From NCBI GenBank assembly GCA_041551965.1, contig JBFELU010000005.1, positions 188-64,187 on the forward strand: 64,000 nt of DNA, in the 5' to 3' direction. Of the stretch, positions 60,106 through 64,000 are shown piece by piece. Each line of letters begins with the position of its first letter. Within the stretch, counting starts at the first letter, position 1. Origin of the DNA: Acidimicrobiia bacterium (GTDB lineage Bacteria; Actinomycetota; Acidimicrobiia; Spongiisociales; UBA11373). A program made the position numbers and the translations under genes. The notes below the pieces were generated by a model. That model made no database searches, had not been told where the DNA came from, and saw only the letters and a program-made list of their open reading frames with translations.

Positions 60106-62286
60106 TCAGGGGGCGGCCAACCGGTAGGCGTCGTAGACGCCCTCCACGGCCTGCAACTCCGAGATCGCCCGCTCCAACTGGTCGGTGTCGGAGAGTTCCA
60201 TTTCGAATCGGAGTATGGCGATGCGATCCCGGCCGGTTGCCGACGACGACGCCACGATGTTGACGCCGAGGTCGCCGAGGACATCGGTGATGTCGCGCAG
60301 CAATCGAGGCCGATCCAATGCCTCCAGTTGCAGCCAAGTGGCGAACACCGCCCGCCGGTCGGTTCCCCACGACACGTCGATCATTCGCTCGCGTCGCTCC
60401 TCCAATGCCCCCACGTTGGTGCAGTCGGCGCGGTGGACCGACACCCCGTGACCCAGCGTCACGAAGCCGACGATCGGATCGCCGGGCACCGGGGCGCAGC
60501 ATCTGGCGATCCGGGTGGTGATGTCGTCGAAGCCCTCCACCACGACACCCCGTGACGGAGCGGCGGCCCGCACCCGGGGCGGGGCCAGCAGGTCCTCGTC
60601 GTCTGCTTCTTCGATGTCGGGAGGACGGACCAACCGGATCAGCCGCCCCACCACCGTCTGCGGCTGCGCGTTGCCGTCGCCGACCGCCACGTACAGCGAG
60701 TCCACGTCCTGGTATCCGAACGATTCGGCGACCTGGGTGAGCGCCCGATCCCGCTTGGAGGCGGTCAGCCCCAGCCCTTCCCGGCGCAGCAGCTTGGCCA
60801 CCTGGTCGCGTCCCTCCGTGAGGGCATTGTCGCGACGCTCCCTGCTGAACCACTGGCGGATCTTCGAGGAGGCCCGGCTGGTCCGCACGAATCCGAGCCA
60901 ATCGCGGCTCGGGCCGGCCGACTCCGCCCGCGACGTCAGCACCTCGACGATGTCGCCCGACTCGAGAGTCGTGTCGAGGGGCTTGAGGCGGCCGTTCACC
61001 TTGGCCCCGACACAACGGTGGCCCACCTCGGTGTGCACCGAGTAGGCGAAATCGATGGGCGTCGCCCCCCGGGGCAGGGTCTTGACGTCGCCGGCCGGGG
61101 TGAGGACGAAGACCTCGTTCTGATAGAGATCGAGCTTCAATCCGGCCAGGAAGTCCTCGGGACGGTCGTACTCCTCGGGCAGCCCGGCGATCTGGCGAAC
61201 CCCTTCGACCTCCGGCGGACCGCCCCCCTCCTTGTAACGCCAGTGCGCGGCGATGCCCCGCTCCGCCCGCTCGTGCATCTCGGCGGTCCTGATCTGCACC
61301 TCGAGGGGCCGCCCATCGGGGCCGAGCACCGTGGTGTGCAGGCTCTGGTACAGGTTGAACTTGGGCATCGCGATGAAGTCCTTGAAGCGCCCCTGGACCG
61401 GGGGCCACCGAGTGTGGATCACCCCCAGCGCCGCGTAGCAGGCGGCGACGGCCCCGGTGATGATGCGGATGCCGAGGAGATCGTGGATATCGGAGAACGG
61501 ACGACCGGCATCGACCATCTTGCGGTAGATCGAGTACGGGTGCTTGGGCCGGCCGCTCACGAGGGCCTTGATGTCGTGGTCGGTCAGCAGGCCCTCGACC
61601 TCGGCGATGACCTTCTCCAGGTAGGCGTCGCGGGCCGGTGCCCGGACCTGGACCAGTTCCTCGATCTCGGCGTATCGACGCTGGTGGAGGATCGCAAAGC
61701 AGCGATCCTCCATCTCGTGCTTGATCTCCTGGACCCCGAGCCGGTGAGCCAGGGGCGCATAGACCTCGATGGTCTCCCGGGCAATCCGCTCCTGCTTCTC
61801 CGGAGCCAGAGCCGAGAGCGTTCTGACGTTGTGCAACCGGTCGACCAATTTGATGAGCAGCACCCGCACGTCCTTGGCCATGGCCACGACCATCTTCCGA
61901 ATCGTGGCCGCCTGGGCCTCCTCTCGATTGCCGAACTTGACCCGGTCCAGCTTGGTGACCCCGTCGATCAGAGCCGCGACCTCGTCGCCGAACTCGCTCC
62001 TCACGTCGTCCAGCGTGAGATCGGTGTCCTCGACCGTATCGTGGAGCAGCGCAGCCGCCACCGTCGAGCCGTCGAGTCCGTAGCCGGCGAGGATGTGGGC
62101 CACCGCCAGGGGGTGGGTGATGTAGGGATGGCCACTCTTGCGGAACTGGCCGGAGTGGCGGGCGGCGGCGATCTCATAGGCCCTGTGGATCAGTCGATCC
62201 GAGGCATCGCTGTGATGATCGCGATAGGCGGCGAGAACGGGACCCAACTCGGCGATCACCGCATCGTCGGGTCGCACGGTGGTCAC
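60106..62286 (-). CDS. rel: bifunctional (p)ppGpp synthetase/hydrolase
   Basis: HD hydrolase domain (HSGQFRKSGHPYITHPLAVA...LHDTVEDT), synthetase, TGS and ACT domains; 726 aa. Confidence 0.95.
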   Translation of the reverse strand: MTTVRPDDAVIAELGPVLAAYRDHHSDASDRLIHRAYEIAAARHSGQFRKSGHPYITHPLAVAHILAGYGLDGSTVAAALLHDTVEDTDLTLDDVRSEFGDEVAALIDGVTKLDRVKFGNREEAQAATIRKMVVAMAKDVRVLLIKLVDRLHNVRTLSALAPEKQERIARETIEVYAPLAHRLGVQEIKHEMEDRCFAILHQRRYAEIEELVQVRAPARDAYLEKVIAEVEGLLTDHDIKALVSGRPKHPYSIYRKMVDAGRPFSDIHDLLGIRIITGAVAACYAALGVIHTRWPPVQGRFKDFIAMPKFNLYQSLHTTVLGPDGRPLEVQIRTAEMHERAERGIAAHWRYKEGGGPPEVEGVRQIAGLPEEYDRPEDFLAGLKLDLYQNEVFVLTPAGDVKTLPRGATPIDFAYSVHTEVGHRCVGAKVNGRLKPLDTTLESGDIVEVLTSRAESAGPSRDWLGFVRTSRASSKIRQWFSRERRDNALTEGRDQVAKLLRREGLGLTASKRDRALTQVAESFGYQDVDSLYVAVGDGNAQPQTVVGRLIRLVRPPDIEEADDEDLLAPPRVRAAAPSRGVVVEGFDDITTRIARCCAPVPGDPIVGFVTLGHGVSVHRADCTNVGALEERRERMIDVSWGTDRRAVFATWLQLEALDRPRLLRDITDVLGDLGVNIVASSSATGRDRIAILRFEMELSDTDQLERAISELQAVEGVYDAYRLAAP

Positions 62287-62337
62287 GGCGGCGCCTCTCC
62301 GGCGCCGCGAAGGGCCTTCATCCCCCGATTGTAGGGC

Positions 62338-63399
62338 TCAGCGCCTCCGGCGACGCTTCTTGGGGGCCCGGGCCACCGCGCCGATCGCACCGACCCCGTC
62401 GGGCTCATCGGCCGGCTCCCCGACGCCCCGGGCGGCGTATTCCTCTTCGCCGCCCTTGCGGAGCACCCGGCGCCGCATCCGCTGCCAGTGCTCCTCCCGT
62501 TCCTTCCAGGCCGCCAGCAGCGGGGCCGCCAGGAACACCGAGGAGTAGGTCCCCACCGCGACGCCGATGAACAGCGCCAGGGCGAACTCACGCAGGGTCG
62601 TGGCACCCAGCAGCAGCGAGCCGACGAAGAGCAGACTCCCGATGGGGAGCAGTGACGTCAACGACGTGTTGATGGACCGCATCAGCACCTGGTTCATCGA
62701 CATGTTCACCAGGGCCGCAAACGTGTACCGCTCACCACGCTCCTCGACGTTCTCGGTGATCTTGTCGAACACGACGACGGTGTCGTAGAGCGAGTAGCCC
62801 AGGATCGTGAGGATGGCGATCACCGTGGCCGGCGTGACCTCGAAGCCGATCAGCGAGTAGATCCCCGCGGTGAAGAGCAAATCGTGAACCAGCGCCACCA
62901 GCGCAGCGATGGCCATCTTCCATTCGAGACGCCACGAGATGTAGAACGCCACCACGATGAGGAAGATCACCAGGGCCCTGATTGCCGATTCGGCCACCCG
63001 AGAGCCGAACGTGGGGCCGACCGACTTGAGGCTCACGTCGCCGATCTCGACACCGGTGACCTCCGCCAGGATGGCTATCAGCTCGTCCTCCTGGTCGAGA
63101 GCGAGTTCGCCCGTCTGAACCCGCATCCCGGAGCCGCTGTTGACGGCCTGCACCTTGGCGCCTTCCAACCCGATGCCCTCGACGGCATCCCGGACCTCGG
63201 TCACGGTGGCTTGCGCCGGATTCTCCACCACTTCGACCAGGGCGCCGCCCTCGAACTCGATTCCGAAATTGAAGCCGCGCAACAGCATCGCCAGGATCGA
63301 GACGGCGATGATCGCCGCCGAGAAGGTGAACCACCGGCGTCGCAGCCCGACGAAGTCGATGCGGATCTCACCCCGGTAGGCACGCTGGAAGACGTTCAT
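62338..63399 (-). CDS. secF: protein translocase subunit SecF
   Basis: SecD/SecF TM and P1-domain signatures. C-terminal basic tail (KKRRRRR). Confidence 0.9.
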   Translation of the reverse strand: MNVFQRAYRGEIRIDFVGLRRRWFTFSAAIIAVSILAMLLRGFNFGIEFEGGALVEVVENPAQATVTEVRDAVEGIGLEGAKVQAVNSGSGMRVQTGELALDQEDELIAILAEVTGVEIGDVSLKSVGPTFGSRVAESAIRALVIFLIVVAFYISWRLEWKMAIAALVALVHDLLFTAGIYSLIGFEVTPATVIAILTILGYSLYDTVVVFDKITENVEERGERYTFAALVNMSMNQVLMRSINTSLTSLLPIGSLLFVGSLLLGATTLREFALALFIGVAVGTYSSVFLAAPLLAAWKEREEHWQRMRRRVLRKGGEEEYAARGVGEPADEPDGVGAIGAVARAPKKRRRRR

Positions 63400-64000
63400 G
63401 CGGGTGCCTCCTCCGACGGGAGCCCTGTGGCGCCGCGAATGCTCATCGTTCCCCCCTCGCCGAACCGGCTCCTCGCCACCAGTGCCACGGCCGGTCGTGT
63501 GTAGAAGTACGCCACCAAGACGTCCAGCACCGTGGCCACCCCGAGCGCCAGGGCGAATCCCTTCACCGAGCCGACCGCCAGGAGGAACAGGAGGATGGCG
63601 GCAGAGAAAGACACGGTGTCGGCCGTGAGAATGGTGCGGAACGAGCGGGCGAATGCGTGGTCGATGGCCGACCGCAACGACCGGCCCTTGTGCACCTCCT
63701 CCTTGATCCGCTCGAAGTAGACGATGTAGGAGTCGGAGGTGATCCCGATCGACACGATCACACCGGCCACCCCGGCAAGGGTCAACGTGACGCCCTGAGT
63801 GGCGCCCAGCACCCCGTAGACCACGAACACCAGCGAGCCGAACACGGCCAACCCGATCACGTTCACGAGGCCGAGCGCCCGGTAGTAGGCGATCATCGCC
63901 GCCGCCACCAGGATGAGACCGCCGATGCCGGCGATGAGCCCCGCCCGCAGCGAATCCGAACCGAGGGTTGCCGACACCGACTGCTCCGTCGATCGCTCGA
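63396..64000 (-). CDS. secD: protein translocase subunit SecD, C-terminal part; the gene continues beyond the window end
   Basis: C-terminal SecD TM bundle (GVTLTLAGVAGVIVSIGITSDSYIVYFERIKEE). The ORF is open to the window edge. Confidence 0.85.
   Translation of the reverse strand, partial: ERSTEQSVSATLGSDSLRAGLIAGIGGLILVAAAMIAYYRALGLVNVIGLAVFGSLVFVVYGVLGATQGVTLTLAGVAGVIVSIGITSDSYIVYFERIKEEVHKGRSLRSAIDHAFARSFRTILTADTVSFSAAILLFLLAVGSVKGFALALGVATVLDVLVAYFYTRPAVALVARSRFGEGGTMSIRGATGLPSEEAPA

Overview
64 kb of a high-GC (~70%) actinobacterial-type chromosome. Nearly every gene is on the minus strand and tightly packed; many adjacent genes share 4-nt ATGA stop/start overlaps.

The backbone is a conserved housekeeping array:
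- partial 16S rRNA (minus strand, running out of the window start), then tyrS, a PASTA-containing class A PBP, mpg and argF
- pheST, a TrmH-family methyltransferase, and rplT-rpmI-infC
- rnhB, then the rib operon (ribH-ribBA-ribE-ribD) behind an FMN riboswitch
- a REC-GGDEF response regulator, rpe, ppk2 (plus strand), fmt, def, priA, coaBC, rpoZ, gmk and mihF
- a pyr operon (pyrR-pyrB-pyrC-pyrD-pyrF) with a PyrR-binding leader
- nusB, efp, an M24 peptidase, aroB-aroK-aroC ... aroE, mltG, ruvX, alaS, rarA, aspS, hisS, an MBL hydrolase, rel, secF and the start of secD

Two accessory blocks interrupt this backbone.

1. A complete type IVa pilus-like locus sits between aroC and aroE (33755-43337). 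It encodes PilB, PilT, PilC, major pilin PilA, a second pilin, prepilin peptidase PilD, PilM/N/O and a PilP-like protein. There is no secretin. Both ATPases carry N-terminal MshEN/GspII domains, which is unusual for PilT.

2. Between the MBL hydrolase and rel (53399-60024) lies a tandemly duplicated three-gene module. Each copy encodes a large GFTLVEL prepilin-like protein with a Gly/Val-rich repetitive C-terminus, a TadE-like RRDETG/GDGG pseudopilin, and a ~460-550 aa Cys-rich protein with a TadG-like RDERG-plus-TM N-terminus. The two copies share a sequence motif in their leaders. This is the most likely previously uncharacterised system in the window.

No CRISPR arrays, IS elements or tRNAs were seen. 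The many long antisense ORFs in the six-frame track are high-GC artefacts.
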